This document shows, in pieces, positions 28,495 through 39,367 of a DNA stretch of 64,000 nucleotides. The position numbers were made by a program, and so were the translations under genes. Numbering within the stretch: the stretch's first letter is position 1; each line of letters starts with the position of its first letter. The stretch lies in IMG/VR virus record IMGVR_UViG_3300035208_003115; one strand, written 5' to 3'. The notes under the pieces were generated by a model. That model did not search any database. It was given only the letters and a program-made list of their open reading frames with translations, and was not told the DNA's origin. The stretch comes from a virus. Taxonomy: Duplodnaviria; Caudoviricetes.

Positions 28495-29376
28495 TTAATG
28501 CTCTATTAGAGTGGTAGTACTTACTTCGTTTAGACCCGAGATTAGAGGGCCAGTATCGACATCTGCTGTTAGTAATCCGCTAGGAGGGATGCCCTCCACT
28601 ACGGCGTCGAAGAAGACCTTTTGCTCTTCAGTCAGGTTGCGATCAACCTTCATCTCTAGATCAATTTCAGATATCAATCTCTGGGGAAGCAGATAGTGTT
28701 CTTCACTTTTGACAAGATACTGAAGGGAGCGAACCGATATATCATCTCTCCACTTTATTACATCTTTGTCTATTCCCCTCTCCCAGAATTGAATCTTCTG
28801 AAAGCCCTGCATCATAATGGAGCCCTTAAAGAACTCCATGTATTTCTTGAACCAATCGACTAGCCCATCAGCGCCGCGGCCGGTTGAGGACCAGCAGTCA
28901 AACTGAACTAGATTGTCCATTTCATGGGTCTCTACCCCATAGATAGTCCCCGGATGTTCGTTGACCCTTAGGTCTTCTTTATGCATCGGGGCTCTCATCT
29001 TCTCAGAGCCAAAAGGCCTACGATATCCGGCTGGTGCCTGAAATCGCATAGTAAATGTTATTACGTTACAAAAAGGATACAGGTAGTAATAGTCATCTAG
29101 AGTTTGAATATTCTCAAACTGAATCTTAGATGAATCCTTCATCTTAGTCATTGGGTATCCCATAACTAGGGGAACCCACGTTGCCCGGGCCTTCTTTAGA
29201 AACTTCTCCTGATAAATCTTCATTCCTCTTAGAACGAGGGTGGAGAAGTCGTCTATTGTGCCGTGTCTCCGCATCTTAGTGAGCGGAAGGTCAGGGTATG
29301 TGAGGGAAACTGGATCTGGGGTATAGGCCCCATTGTTAAGATCCGTAGTTCCAAAGTAGGAGGAACCCATTACCAC
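28495..29376 (-). CDS. Putative tail terminator/completion protein
   Basis: Directly upstream of sheath; VQFDCWSSTGRGADGLVDWF resembles the tail-terminator fold pattern. Confidence 0.55.
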   Translation of the reverse strand: MVMGSSYFGTTDLNNGAYTPDPVSLTYPDLPLTKMRRHGTIDDFSTLVLRGMKIYQEKFLKKARATWVPLVMGYPMTKMKDSSKIQFENIQTLDDYYYLYPFCNVITFTMRFQAPAGYRRPFGSEKMRAPMHKEDLRVNEHPGTIYGVETHEMDNLVQFDCWSSTGRGADGLVDWFKKYMEFFKGSIMMQGFQKIQFWERGIDKDVIKWRDDISVRSLQYLVKSEEHYLLPQRLISEIDLEMKVDRNLTEEQKVFFDAVVEGIPPSGLLTADVDTGPLISGLNEVSTTTLIEH

Positions 29377-29936
29377 TCCTCCCTTTCACAGATTGCCCTG
29401 ACAAATTCGATACGGCCATTATCAGCCCTATGTATTATACGCTGGATAATCTTAAATTTCTCTAAATGGTTCGATTCTCCTAAGTTTGTTGGAACCGACC
29501 CATCGGTTTCTAGAGCTATTTCAATGATCTTATCTCTCTCATTTATCCAGTTCTGATTGTAATCAAAGAAGAAATTAACCCCATTTATAATGGCTGTACC
29601 AGGGTCTCCTTCTTGAAGACTTCCAACAATCGTTCCACTGTTGGACCCGACCAATGAACGCCACGCTGTGTAGGGGGCCTCAGTATACGTATACCCTTCC
29701 CCATGGCAGACCGAGCAGTTGGGGTCGGGTTTTCTATACTTTTGGCCTTGCTCTTCCAACACACAGGGGCACACTGTATCCATGTGCCTTACTAAGACTA
29801 TATGACCTTGTGGTTTTTGTTTTCCATCACCATACAAGATCTTCATCATCTCTGCGCGGAGATCTATTCCATAGCCCCTGGCTGTACTTGTTTGCCAGGT
29901 CGTATCAGTTGTCCTCCCGCCCCACTCGATACCCAT
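29370..29936 (-). CDS. Putative head-closure/neck protein with Cys cluster
   Basis: CPC...CSVCHGEGY; position between capsid and sheath genes. Confidence 0.55.
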   Translation of the reverse strand: MGIEWGGRTTDTTWQTSTARGYGIDLRAEMMKILYGDGKQKPQGHIVLVRHMDTVCPCVLEEQGQKYRKPDPNCSVCHGEGYTYTEAPYTAWRSLVGSNSGTIVGSLQEGDPGTAIINGVNFFFDYNQNWINERDKIIEIALETDGSVPTNLGESNHLEKFKIIQRIIHRADNGRIEFVRAICEREEW

Positions 29937-29946
29937 TTAGGTTTCC

Positions 29947-31386
29947 TTAGGCGTTAGGATTTGAGCCAGTATTACCGGTCTCAGTTGTTGTTCCAGCAAT
30001 AAATCCTGCTCTTTTGGGTGGCTTAGTTTGGTCATTTAGACCCCACTGGACTTTGAGTCCCGGGATCCACTTAGCTCTACCAGTGATATAGTCTAGCCAT
30101 TCTTGAACTTCACCCTTGATTCCTTTTTGCGGGTTACCCTCGAGCCTTTCCAGGATGGGGCCGACAGTTGATTTATAGATATCGCCCGATCCGGTTGAAA
30201 TCTTAAGGTCATCAAGGGATTTAGAAGCGCCTGGACCTCCGCCCAGCATAATGCTATCAGTGTATCCAAGATATTTGGCACGGAGCAAATCATACCAAGT
30301 CTTCGCGAGGACGAATCTCTTGACATACTCGGGCGGGCCAGTTACTGGATCTACAGTAAAGGCAACACGTGATAACGTGATTTCCTGTCCTGTATATCTA
30401 GTCGATGTCCACGGCTGGATGACTGAGGGTCTTTCTGCAGAATACCATAATGCTAGAATTGAATTCGAGTGAATGATTCTGGCAATGGTATCATCTGGTA
30501 CATCTGTAATCAGCGGGCCAACGGGAGTCAGCCTCACATGATTAACTCCAACATAATATGGATCCATCTCAGTTAAGAAGGAAAATTCGTATTCCGCTCC
30601 CATATACGTTCCATCAGTTGCTCTGACAGTCGTTGGAATGGTTACTGTAATTTCCCTATTAACATCAAATACACTAGGCGAATTAAACGTAAACATTGCC
30701 TGCCACAAAACTGAGGTCCATGTTCCGGAGGTGGTCAGATCTGTAACTGGCGCAAAGGGATCTTCTAATACATCTTTAGATAATATACTAGCCGGTTCAC
30801 TGTCACAGGAGCTTATCGCTGATAGTGTGGCCAAGTCTACCGGTTTGTTGAAACATATAATTATGGTCGGTATTCCGCTAACATCAACATTAATTCCAGA
30901 CGGATCTACATTGTAAGTATTATCCGCTGGGTTCGTCGATCTCACAGCGTAGGTCGTCCAATAGTCAACTCCGGCTGGATAGATAATTCCGGATGGAACT
31001 CCAGATGGTTCTGCTTCTTCAGGCGGAGTATAGAAACGACCGTCGTTAGTTATGAATGTAAATTGATAATTACTTGCCAAAAGATCAGGGTCGCCCCAGG
31101 CATCGGGAATCGAGCGGACACCTGCTGTGCCACCTAGGATTGTGCAGATATATTCGTGACGAGTTAAAAGAGGGTTAGTAGGGGTAAATGTTGCGGTATT
31201 AGTTGCCGCATCGAAGGAATATGTCCCGGATATAATATTATAGTCCTGGTCATACAGGACGAATGTGGAGGCATTAATAGTGGCGGGATCAATAGCGCGA
31301 GCAGCGCTAATCGTAAAGCTTATAGTGTTACCGATATAGACTTCGGTTTCGCTATTGGACGGGCTAGATGAGGTAATACTTGCCAT
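29947..31386 (-). CDS. Ig-like (Big_5) domain protein fused to a putative head-tail adaptor domain
   Basis: ITSSSPSN...IDPATIN...ATFTPTNPL...YQFTFIT and a second VRSTNPADN...FNKPVD...YEFSFLT repeat; C-terminal helical region with SKSLDDLKIS. Confidence 0.6.
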   Translation of the reverse strand: MASITSSSPSNSETEVYIGNTISFTISAARAIDPATINASTFVLYDQDYNIISGTYSFDAATNTATFTPTNPLLTRHEYICTILGGTAGVRSIPDAWGDPDLLASNYQFTFITNDGRFYTPPEEAEPSGVPSGIIYPAGVDYWTTYAVRSTNPADNTYNVDPSGINVDVSGIPTIIICFNKPVDLATLSAISSCDSEPASILSKDVLEDPFAPVTDLTTSGTWTSVLWQAMFTFNSPSVFDVNREITVTIPTTVRATDGTYMGAEYEFSFLTEMDPYYVGVNHVRLTPVGPLITDVPDDTIARIIHSNSILALWYSAERPSVIQPWTSTRYTGQEITLSRVAFTVDPVTGPPEYVKRFVLAKTWYDLLRAKYLGYTDSIMLGGGPGASKSLDDLKISTGSGDIYKSTVGPILERLEGNPQKGIKGEVQEWLDYITGRAKWIPGLKVQWGLNDQTKPPKRAGFIAGTTTETGNTGSNPNA

Positions 31387-31430
31387 TAACTATCCTCCGT
31401 CCCTGATGGTAGGCCATCCTTAATTAGCAG

Positions 31431-31462
31431 AGCCGGCAGATGGGTTTCCCCACCCACCGGCT
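31431..31462 (-). terminator. GNRA-capped stem-loop after the major capsid gene
   Basis: AGCCGGTGGGTGGG-GAAA-CCCATCTGCCGGCT 14-bp stem; weak U tract. Confidence 0.55.
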
Positions 31463-31497
31463 TCTGCATTATTCTCTACATTCTGTTCGGTTACTGA

Positions 31498-32760
31498 TTA
31501 GATGTTGCGATCAGGAGACTGAACAGTATCGACCTGGTGGACGTCGCTGAAGTTATACGTCTGAGCCAGAGCGATATTACGGGCAACTGCGATTGATTTG
31601 CCCTGAGACAGTGTTCCAAGACCGTAAATCTCACGAATCTTGAGAGAACGAATGTCCCTTAGAGGATCATTGAAATCCTCGGTTGAGATATCCTGTTTCT
31701 GAACTAGGACGCCCGTTTCTGCGTCGTCGAGAACGTAGATATCAGTGAGAGGTGTCTTGGCCTTGCTTGATGCGTCTGTAACCAGGGTTGCGCCCGGAGC
31801 AAGTCCATCAGACATCTTGGTAACAGTGGCACCCTTCGGGATGAAGCGGACATACGGAGAGACCATGACCCGTAGTGCAACCGGGAACAGTCCCTGCGGA
31901 AGTGCCGTCTGAGTTGTGGTGAGGTTCGGAGCAATGGTTCTCTGCTTGAGATTAGGATTACCATCCCAGCCAGTCTGACCAACGCTACCGGACATCTGAC
32001 CACCCCAGAAGTGACCAGCCATCTTGGCGATTTCGCGAAGGAACGGATCCTTAGCGAACATTGCCCATGCGAGCGGGTGCATGATGATTGTGTTCGGGGT
32101 CCAGCTGCCGTTAAGCAGGTAGGCGATCATGTCGAACAAGTCATCAAGGTGAATGCCACCATTAAGAGTTCCGGTGCGATCCACGCCACGAGTTGCACCG
32201 ATAACGGCCAAGGCGGGCTCGACGTTGTCGAACACCTTCTGGCCCATCGTTGCGAACAACGTTGCGCACTTGACTTCCTTGTGACGAGCAAGAGCGCGAC
32301 CAGCAGCACGAAGATGCATGCCAATGACATCCCACTGGGAGTCATTGATCATTTCCTCTGTGATGCGAACCAAGAGACCAGACTTCGTGACATTGATAGC
32401 CACGATGTTCCCGCCTCCGAGGTCTAGCTGCTTCTCGGGATATGCCTGGCCCTCGCCGATATCCTCTGCAGTGATAGCGCCGACTGCCGGGAATTCGATA
32501 GAGCGACCAGTATTGATCCTGATCGTTTGAAATAGCTCGGAGATTACGAGCCGGGGCTCGATAGCCTCTTTAACGACCTGCGAGATCACCTTTGGGATGA
32601 ACATCGTCATGTCAGTAGAGACAAGCAAGTCCTTGACCTTGAAGGTCAATGCGTCAGATACAACACCGTTATTCAAGAACATCATCTCAACGTTCTTGAA
32701 AAGCTTATCCTTGATGGCCTTAGCTTCGGCGGTTGCTGCATCGTTAATCGGTGTACTCAT
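31498..32760 (-). CDS. Major capsid protein (HK97 fold)
   Basis: FIPKVISQVV, AEDIGEGQAYPE, KSGLLVRITEEMINDSQWDVI, PNTIIMHPLAW, IREIYG; RBS AGGAGG. Confidence 0.9.
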   Translation of the reverse strand: MSTPINDAATAEAKAIKDKLFKNVEMMFLNNGVVSDALTFKVKDLLVSTDMTMFIPKVISQVVKEAIEPRLVISELFQTIRINTGRSIEFPAVGAITAEDIGEGQAYPEKQLDLGGGNIVAINVTKSGLLVRITEEMINDSQWDVIGMHLRAAGRALARHKEVKCATLFATMGQKVFDNVEPALAVIGATRGVDRTGTLNGGIHLDDLFDMIAYLLNGSWTPNTIIMHPLAWAMFAKDPFLREIAKMAGHFWGGQMSGSVGQTGWDGNPNLKQRTIAPNLTTTQTALPQGLFPVALRVMVSPYVRFIPKGATVTKMSDGLAPGATLVTDASSKAKTPLTDIYVLDDAETGVLVQKQDISTEDFNDPLRDIRSLKIREIYGLGTLSQGKSIAVARNIALAQTYNFSDVHQVDTVQSPDRNI

Positions 32761-32788
32761 GTAGGCGTTTCCTCCTGTTAAGTTAGCC

Positions 32789-33610
32789 TTAGAACTTCAG
32801 CCGGATACGGGCGGCCTTAGTTGCGCCGACTGCAGCCAGATGCCCCGGCATACCACCAGTTTCAGAACCTGGGGTCTCCGAGTATGGATACGTCTGGACA
32901 TACTGTAGCATGTCCTTCGGAAAGTCTGAGTCAATTAGGAGGACTTGTCCAACGGCCTGATTGATGTTGTCCACGCCCTGCGTCCACTTGATAAACTTTC
33001 CATTAGCGTCTGACATTACCCAGTCGCCGTTTACTAGGTCACCTGCACCTGCTTGTGCATAGGCCACTGCATTCATCTTGGCCTTTGCAGCTGCGATTGC
33101 TAGAGCAGCCGTAGCAGGAGAACCTAGGTCAGCATAGGTAAAGTAGGGGACCTCAACAACGCGCTCGCAGAGAATGCCAATAGCATCACTCTGGATCTTG
33201 TAGTTGAGATACCGACCCTTTGTATCCTGGTAAACGTCAAGAGGTAGCACGCCAACAGGAATGTTAGAGGTTACAGATGCGGTATCACCAGCAACGGCTA
33301 GAGTGCCATCGGCTTTACGAACGCCGGCATTCTGGTCATCGATAGTGTATACATACGCACCATTGGTGGTGTCTCCACCGTTTGCAGGAACTAGGTTACC
33401 AGTAGTATCGATGGCAACAATAGTACCCTTTGATAGAACTATCCAGTCCTTGAGCTCCATGTCCATGAACACGACAGGAAGGTCCGTAGCCGGCTTGTAA
33501 GCAACTGCCGGGCGATCAGGGTCACTGATCTCGAACGCTGGCCGTGTCCTCGAACTGAAGGCCCAATTACGAACTGGCAACTTCGAGGAATTACCGACTG
33601 TTTCAGCCAT
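32789..33610 (-). CDS. Capsid decoration/cement protein
   Basis: Between scaffold and MCP; KGTIVA, PVGV, GDWVMSDANGKF, VGQVL beta-tulip-like motifs. Confidence 0.65.
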   Translation of the reverse strand: MAETVGNSSKLPVRNWAFSSRTRPAFEISDPDRPAVAYKPATDLPVVFMDMELKDWIVLSKGTIVAIDTTGNLVPANGGDTTNGAYVYTIDDQNAGVRKADGTLAVAGDTASVTSNIPVGVLPLDVYQDTKGRYLNYKIQSDAIGILCERVVEVPYFTYADLGSPATAALAIAAAKAKMNAVAYAQAGAGDLVNGDWVMSDANGKFIKWTQGVDNINQAVGQVLLIDSDFPKDMLQYVQTYPYSETPGSETGGMPGHLAAVGATKAARIRLKF

Positions 33611-33637
33611 TATATAAAACCTCCGTGGTTTTCCTTA

Positions 33638-35290
33638 CTATTCACTGCGCGGATAGTAGCGTCCGCCAAATAACATGGCACCGATTTCAACTGGGGTCAT
33701 GCTATCTATTGTCCGACGAATCTGATCCAACTGGCTCTGAACTGGGGACTGCCCATGTTCATCCTTTATTGCAACTGGGGCTGGCTTGACCTGCTTTGAG
33801 ATCTTGGTCTTCCGGAGATCCGTGATGGCATCTACGATAGACTCTAGTGACCTCTTTTGCATTTCATCGGCAACCACTTTACGCTCGTCATCTGATGCGT
33901 AAGTTTCCAGTCCAAGGGTCTGTTTCAGATCTAGGAGTTCTGCGATTTTCTCATCGCGAATCCCAGACTGTAGATCAGAAATCTTCTGGACTAAACTTCT
34001 ATTCTCGTCAGTAAGCTCCTGATTCTTCTCAGCTAGCTCCTTGATACGAGGATCTTCACCTTTTGGCTCTTCAGCCTTAGGTTTATTAGAATCAGTAGCC
34101 ATCGGAGCTTCGGGCTCTTTAGGAGCCTCTTCTTTCCCCGGAGCAGCTGGTTCTTCTACGGGCACTTCTTCTGCTGGTGCTTCAGCTGGTGCTTCAGCAG
34201 CCGCATCTGCCGGTGCTGGAACCTCAGGTGTTTCTGCAGGAACTTCCTTGGCGGGAGTTTCAACAGGCGCTTCAGTAGCAGGAGCTTCTACGGCTTCTGC
34301 TGGGGCAGCCGGCTGTTCCTCTGGCCTTGGAGCTTCTACTGGTGTATTATCTGCCACTAGGTTAGCCCCTTTCGCAGGGATTTTGGCCTTAGCATCATCT
34401 AGGTGTTCTATTACTTGAACTAGACGCTGTCCATAGACCTTATAGAGACTATCGACTGTTGTCGAATCATCTAGATTCACCATTTTCTTCAGGGCGTCGT
34501 TCAAAGCGTATAACTTGAACATACGCCTAGAAGTGTCAGCGACCTGCTTGTCAATGGTTGTATTCTCTTTGTAGTTATAGACTTCGAGAATACTGTCTTT
34601 CGCATCTCCCTCAATCTCTCGATTAAGGACTACAGCAAACGGGTCGGCTGGCTCATTGACAAATGAGAGTTCATCCCAGACGAACTTGCCACCAGTCCAG
34701 TAAGCCATCTGAGTGATTCCCGTATCTTCGTCAGTGTATTCGTGACCGAAGCGGTGCTCGCATCGTCCATCTGATAACCAGTTCTGATTACAGATGGAGC
34801 AAGTCATCGCATCGGTTTCACCGCTAACAGAAACGGTAAGATATCTTCCGTCGAGAACCTTTTGGACCGCTTCTGGGTCCGAGACGTTTACAAGGTTCTG
34901 CATATGACCAAGACCACGGAATGAAAAGTCTTGGCTTCGAATGGAGTTCTTAAAGTTAGGCGTTGTGATCGGAACTGTTGAACGCCATATGGATCCTAAA
35001 TTTCTACCGAGAGGTTCGGTCTGAGTGTCATGATTCTTCAGAACGGGTTTTGGATAAGGTTCCGTCCACGACTTTGTAGACTGAGCCAATTCCTCTGGCT
35101 TGTAATAGCCAAAGTTTCCATTAACAATCCCACCATGGGTAACTGCGATTTCCGAGAGAAGACCAACTTTGCTCCCGGACTTTGCCGAGTCGAGAACCAT
35201 ATTAGCAACATGGTCTCTAACTTTAGGAGCGATACAGGCTAAGGAATCTTTGATGTCGAATGCTTCGAAGATTTTAGCTGACTTGGCCAT
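33638..35290 (-). CDS. Prohead protease fused to scaffold
   Basis: PVLKNHD...PLGR, YLTVSVSG, ELSFVNEPAD; CSIC...CEH insert; Pro/Ala/Glu linker and coiled-coil C-terminus. Confidence 0.85.
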   Translation of the reverse strand: MAKSAKIFEAFDIKDSLACIAPKVRDHVANMVLDSAKSGSKVGLLSEIAVTHGGIVNGNFGYYKPEELAQSTKSWTEPYPKPVLKNHDTQTEPLGRNLGSIWRSTVPITTPNFKNSIRSQDFSFRGLGHMQNLVNVSDPEAVQKVLDGRYLTVSVSGETDAMTCSICNQNWLSDGRCEHRFGHEYTDEDTGITQMAYWTGGKFVWDELSFVNEPADPFAVVLNREIEGDAKDSILEVYNYKENTTIDKQVADTSRRMFKLYALNDALKKMVNLDDSTTVDSLYKVYGQRLVQVIEHLDDAKAKIPAKGANLVADNTPVEAPRPEEQPAAPAEAVEAPATEAPVETPAKEVPAETPEVPAPADAAAEAPAEAPAEEVPVEEPAAPGKEEAPKEPEAPMATDSNKPKAEEPKGEDPRIKELAEKNQELTDENRSLVQKISDLQSGIRDEKIAELLDLKQTLGLETYASDDERKVVADEMQKRSLESIVDAITDLRKTKISKQVKPAPVAIKDEHGQSPVQSQLDQIRRTIDSMTPVEIGAMLFGGRYYPRSE

Positions 35291-37466
35291 TTTCTTCCTC
35301 TACTAGTGGTTCAAGAGTGCATTCACAATTTATATGGTGTGGAGGGACATCCTCCGGTTCAGCATGTTCGACATCGATACGAGTTCCGTCGAGTGCCTTA
35401 CATGCATCGCATGCGCCTGAGTTCACTCTTATAATCGCAGTAGGGGATCCAGTTTGTTTTAGTGCATAAGCATGACCGTAGTTAAAGGCCTTGCTTACTC
35501 CCGTTACAACTGCAGAATCTAAGTAATATTTTCTTACATCAAATAGTGACGAAAGGGACTTGACTTTTTCAGTCATACTACTGGTAGATAGTCCCAATAT
35601 ATTCATAACATCATTTTGTAGGTTTGTCATGGTCTTACGGACGAATTTACCATATTGGGTCAAAACGTCTTTGGAGCGCGCATCCTCTATCGCCCTTCGA
35701 GCGGCAGAGATCTGTCCCGGGAACCCTTGACTAAATCCATCTACGAATGCTTGGTCTATATGCGGAGAGGAGGTGCTCATAACGAAGTCTTGCATGATTC
35801 CAATCGTTAGTTTCGCGTTATTTACGTGGCTTTCTTGCACCCCTAGACCTTCCTGCTCTGCTCTAGCCAATACATTCATAACGTCCCGGCGGGCATTGTC
35901 ATACTGGGTATTGACGTTTGTGAGAAGTCTTTTTACTGATTCTGACCTTTTAAGGCGGGCAATATCGGTCTTGGCATCCGTGAGGATATCTCTTTTTCTA
36001 CCCGGAGCGGATTTAGTTCCATGTTGGTTAGAAGGTCTCGAGGCGTTACTTGTAGCGCCGGATCCCTCTGCTGGTTTGACTTTTGCTGAAGCGCTGAGTT
36101 CGGCGAGCTCGAGATCATATTCGACAAGCTTGGCTGGTCCGAAGAGATTGAAGAATAGTTTCTGGGCATCGTCACTCTCAGTATCTAGAACCTCGTATCC
36201 CAGACCTAGACGATATTCGTCATAGGTAATTGCATTGTTAAGAAATAATTGAATAAGCTGATTCTCTTTCTTTATTTTACTATCAATATCAATTTCGGCG
36301 AAGATGAGATGGGCTTCGATTGCGTTAGCCTGATCATATGTTTCGTAGCCACCTTCTTGAAGCAATTCTTTAATAATCATTTCATCCCAGAATACAGATA
36401 GAACTTTCTGGTAGAATTTAGCTTTCTCGGTAAGGGAGTTATACATCGTCTCAGAGGATGCTCTGGATGCTCCTCCGGAGAGACCGTATGAGACTTCTCC
36501 GATACCTAGCCCCATAAGGACGCGATTCTGGAAGTGTTCAATATATTTTTCTGCCCCTATTGCTTCCCCTTGCGCTCCGAGAACTTCAATCTTGTGGTGC
36601 CAGGGAGTAACGAACCCGCCCTCTGTAGGCATGTTCTCAATATCTGAAGCTATTTTTTCAATCTCTTCTGGTTCTATCTCGTGATCTTTATTCCCAATGA
36701 TGTATTGATAGAGTGGGAATAAGTGCTGGTGGATGAGAAGCTCAACATTCTCTTCTATTTTACGGAGAACCCTTATGTCATCTAGAACGGGCCAAATATA
36801 GGGTTCGCCAACATTGTTACGCTCATATTTAAAGCAATAGATGTGAACCATGTCCTCAACTCGGACATTCTTTGGCTTGGTATTCCCACCTCCACCTGTT
36901 CCACCTTGAACTGTGGGAGCCACAACATATCTCTTGACATTTCCCTTATCATCTCTTTCAGGCGCGACAGTGGTTGGGTCAAGTCGCTGGTATGTTGAGA
37001 TGGGAGGGAGAGAGGCTTCGTTCTTGATGGGGTTACCACTTGAATTCTCTTCGTCACGGACCTTATATAGGAAGCAATTAGAATACTTGATTAAATCATC
37101 AAGAACTTCACGCACCAGGATATCATTAGGCTTACCTGCAACAATCGCAATTTCAGTGAACCGCTGTTTTAGATAGATGACAATTTCAGGATCTTTGCAA
37201 GCAATAGTCCAACCACTGTTGGTGCCCTTTTCGGCTATCTTGGCGAATGTCTGGAAGGCGATAGATTCATTATCTACGAATCGGTCGATGGTAGCGAGAT
37301 CATAAGTCTGGGAAACCTGATTGCCACCGGTTCTTGCAGTTACCGTTTGAGGATTAATCGGAAATGTTTTACGAAGAACAACGACATTCTTCGGGTCAAA
37401 TTTATCCTCAACGGACTTGGGAGGTAGATCGGGTGTTCCGAAGAGTCTCGAAAATATATTCGCCAT
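35274..37466 (-). CDS. Portal protein with C-terminal MuF-like head morphogenesis domain
   Basis: DLIKYSNCFL, LDPTTV, EDMVHI, NAITYDEYRLGLGY; C-terminal CDACKALDG...PPHHINCECTL. Confidence 0.85.
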   Translation of the reverse strand: MANIFSRLFGTPDLPPKSVEDKFDPKNVVVLRKTFPINPQTVTARTGGNQVSQTYDLATIDRFVDNESIAFQTFAKIAEKGTNSGWTIACKDPEIVIYLKQRFTEIAIVAGKPNDILVREVLDDLIKYSNCFLYKVRDEENSSGNPIKNEASLPPISTYQRLDPTTVAPERDDKGNVKRYVVAPTVQGGTGGGGNTKPKNVRVEDMVHIYCFKYERNNVGEPYIWPVLDDIRVLRKIEENVELLIHQHLFPLYQYIIGNKDHEIEPEEIEKIASDIENMPTEGGFVTPWHHKIEVLGAQGEAIGAEKYIEHFQNRVLMGLGIGEVSYGLSGGASRASSETMYNSLTEKAKFYQKVLSVFWDEMIIKELLQEGGYETYDQANAIEAHLIFAEIDIDSKIKKENQLIQLFLNNAITYDEYRLGLGYEVLDTESDDAQKLFFNLFGPAKLVEYDLELAELSASAKVKPAEGSGATSNASRPSNQHGTKSAPGRKRDILTDAKTDIARLKRSESVKRLLTNVNTQYDNARRDVMNVLARAEQEGLGVQESHVNNAKLTIGIMQDFVMSTSSPHIDQAFVDGFSQGFPGQISAARRAIEDARSKDVLTQYGKFVRKTMTNLQNDVMNILGLSTSSMTEKVKSLSSLFDVRKYYLDSAVVTGVSKAFNYGHAYALKQTGSPTAIIRVNSGACDACKALDGTRIDVEHAEPEDVPPHHINCECTLEPLVEEENGQVS

Positions 37467-39367
37467 TAGGACTGCCCCTTCGTTAGCTGGTTAATCCAAG
37501 CTGTAACTTTCTCAACATCTTCTTGAGGGATTTTCTTAAGACATTCATTAAAGTTGTCGCGGCCCGACAGATTTGTCATTCGCACTGATCCTGAAGCACC
37601 AGAGGAGACCGAAGTGCTCGAGTCCCCTGTTTCGGGTTCTGAGCCGGTTGCAACCCCTATTCTCCTGTAGAGAGCATCAAGTTCTGCATCTGTAGGAATT
37701 GCCGAGTTCTTACAAAGCTCGCCATTTTGGCGGGCTCGGACAATAAGATCAATGAGCTTTAGGAGTCTCTTGATTTCTTTGTTCTGCTCGAGTCCCTGGA
37801 TGTAAATAACCTGATACTCTTGTTGTAGAGTCAGGCTATTATTGAGATCAATCGCAAGATCGAGAATCGAGTTCTCGATATCCCGTATATATTTTAACAT
37901 ATTATCGACAAAAGCATTCCAGGAGACACAGGAAGCCAGGTCTCTCAGGTCGCTACTCTGCGCAATCGATAGCTTCTTCCTGACCTCTTTGTTAATAACA
38001 TCGAAAAGATTGGATAATATAGCCAATATCTGAGATAAGATTATCTTCTGGATGGTCTGCCATAGATTTCCGAGAGCTGAGTCTAGACTCTCAAACACCA
38101 GGGCCTGACGGTTCATCGATATTCTAAGGATGGCCTGGCAGATACGGAGAAACTTATCGTCGTTTGCGCTTAAGAATCTAAAGAGACAGCATAGGAGATT
38201 ATCGGTAAATCCTCCACCCAAGAGTCTATTCATCCTATCAAGGGAGGATTTGTAATAATCTTTCTGAAGGGTTAAAATTTGAAGCATATCGCTTGGAATT
38301 TGGGTCGCTAGGTCGCCCGTGGTTTCTGCTGCGAGAACTGCCTCGTCAGCCTGATGCAAACCCTGTTTCTTATAATAATCGAAAATCCCAACCGATGCGT
38401 CATATTGTTTGTTCAATCCGTGATAGTGGGGGAATAGCTGGGCGGCTTCAGGCCAATAATCTTCTTCCGACTGGTATGCCGTTTCTTTTACGAATCCCGT
38501 CAAGACGAGAGAGTCGAATCTTTCTACATCCCGGCTTAACTTAGGGCCTTTCAGTATCTTTTTCCCGACCCAGTCTGTTGCGATATTAATAGCGGCACTA
38601 AAAGCAAGACTTTGAATTATGTTTTTAATTACCTTGCCAATGGCAAGAAATCCGCCCGAACCGTTGGACGGTGGGGCGATTGTCGCGAATCCAGTGCTAG
38701 TAGCAGCTGCTGATTCCTGGTCACTCTTTTGCAAAAGCTTGAGGGGATACTTTAGAACTCCGAAGACGGCAGAGACAATGAGTTTTAGAATCGCGAGGAA
38801 CAACATCATTAGAAGTGTTGCTTTCCCCGGATTCTCATTAAATCCATCTTGGCGAGTCGGATAGGAGGGACTTGTTGAAGGAAGTCCATCGGAACCAAAT
38901 GTTCCTAGGATTCCAAACTCGTCGTTCCCAAATGGATCACTAACAATGTCATTCCCTGCGGCGGCTATGCGCTCAGCATTCGTAGGGGCGTTTGTAACAT
39001 CTATGGCAGGAGATTCCATGGCCAGAGCGACCATTCTTTTATAGAATCCCCAACATGATTCATCAGACTTCTTCTGACGGACATAGCGTTCTTGTATTAC
39101 GGGAGGAAGATTTTGGCAAAGACGCATAGTCTCACCGTTAGTATCTAGGAGAGCTCCTACTGTATCGAATTGAGTTTTTAGGTCTTTGAATTCTTGCTCA
39201 AGAGTTTCAGTATCGGTGGTAATAGTTGGAGTCGGAATTGGCTTAAAGGGTTTCCCGGCCAGACCTCTGACCTTGCCTCCAACGACACGGCGAGGCTTAA
39301 AGGCAGGGATGGGTCCGCCTCCCAGTATCTTCTTTTCGTGTTCGTTATCTATTCCGCGCCGGGCCAT
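37466..39367 (-). CDS. Hypothetical helical protein with a transmembrane segment
   Basis: 633 aa; LLMMLFLAILKLIVSAVFGVL; TAATG-coupled to both TerL and portal. Confidence 0.6.
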   Translation of the reverse strand: MARRGIDNEHEKKILGGGPIPAFKPRRVVGGKVRGLAGKPFKPIPTPTITTDTETLEQEFKDLKTQFDTVGALLDTNGETMRLCQNLPPVIQERYVRQKKSDESCWGFYKRMVALAMESPAIDVTNAPTNAERIAAAGNDIVSDPFGNDEFGILGTFGSDGLPSTSPSYPTRQDGFNENPGKATLLMMLFLAILKLIVSAVFGVLKYPLKLLQKSDQESAAATSTGFATIAPPSNGSGGFLAIGKVIKNIIQSLAFSAAINIATDWVGKKILKGPKLSRDVERFDSLVLTGFVKETAYQSEEDYWPEAAQLFPHYHGLNKQYDASVGIFDYYKKQGLHQADEAVLAAETTGDLATQIPSDMLQILTLQKDYYKSSLDRMNRLLGGGFTDNLLCCLFRFLSANDDKFLRICQAILRISMNRQALVFESLDSALGNLWQTIQKIILSQILAILSNLFDVINKEVRKKLSIAQSSDLRDLASCVSWNAFVDNMLKYIRDIENSILDLAIDLNNSLTLQQEYQVIYIQGLEQNKEIKRLLKLIDLIVRARQNGELCKNSAIPTDAELDALYRRIGVATGSEPETGDSSTSVSSGASGSVRMTNLSGRDNFNECLKKIPQEDVEKVTAWINQLTKGQS

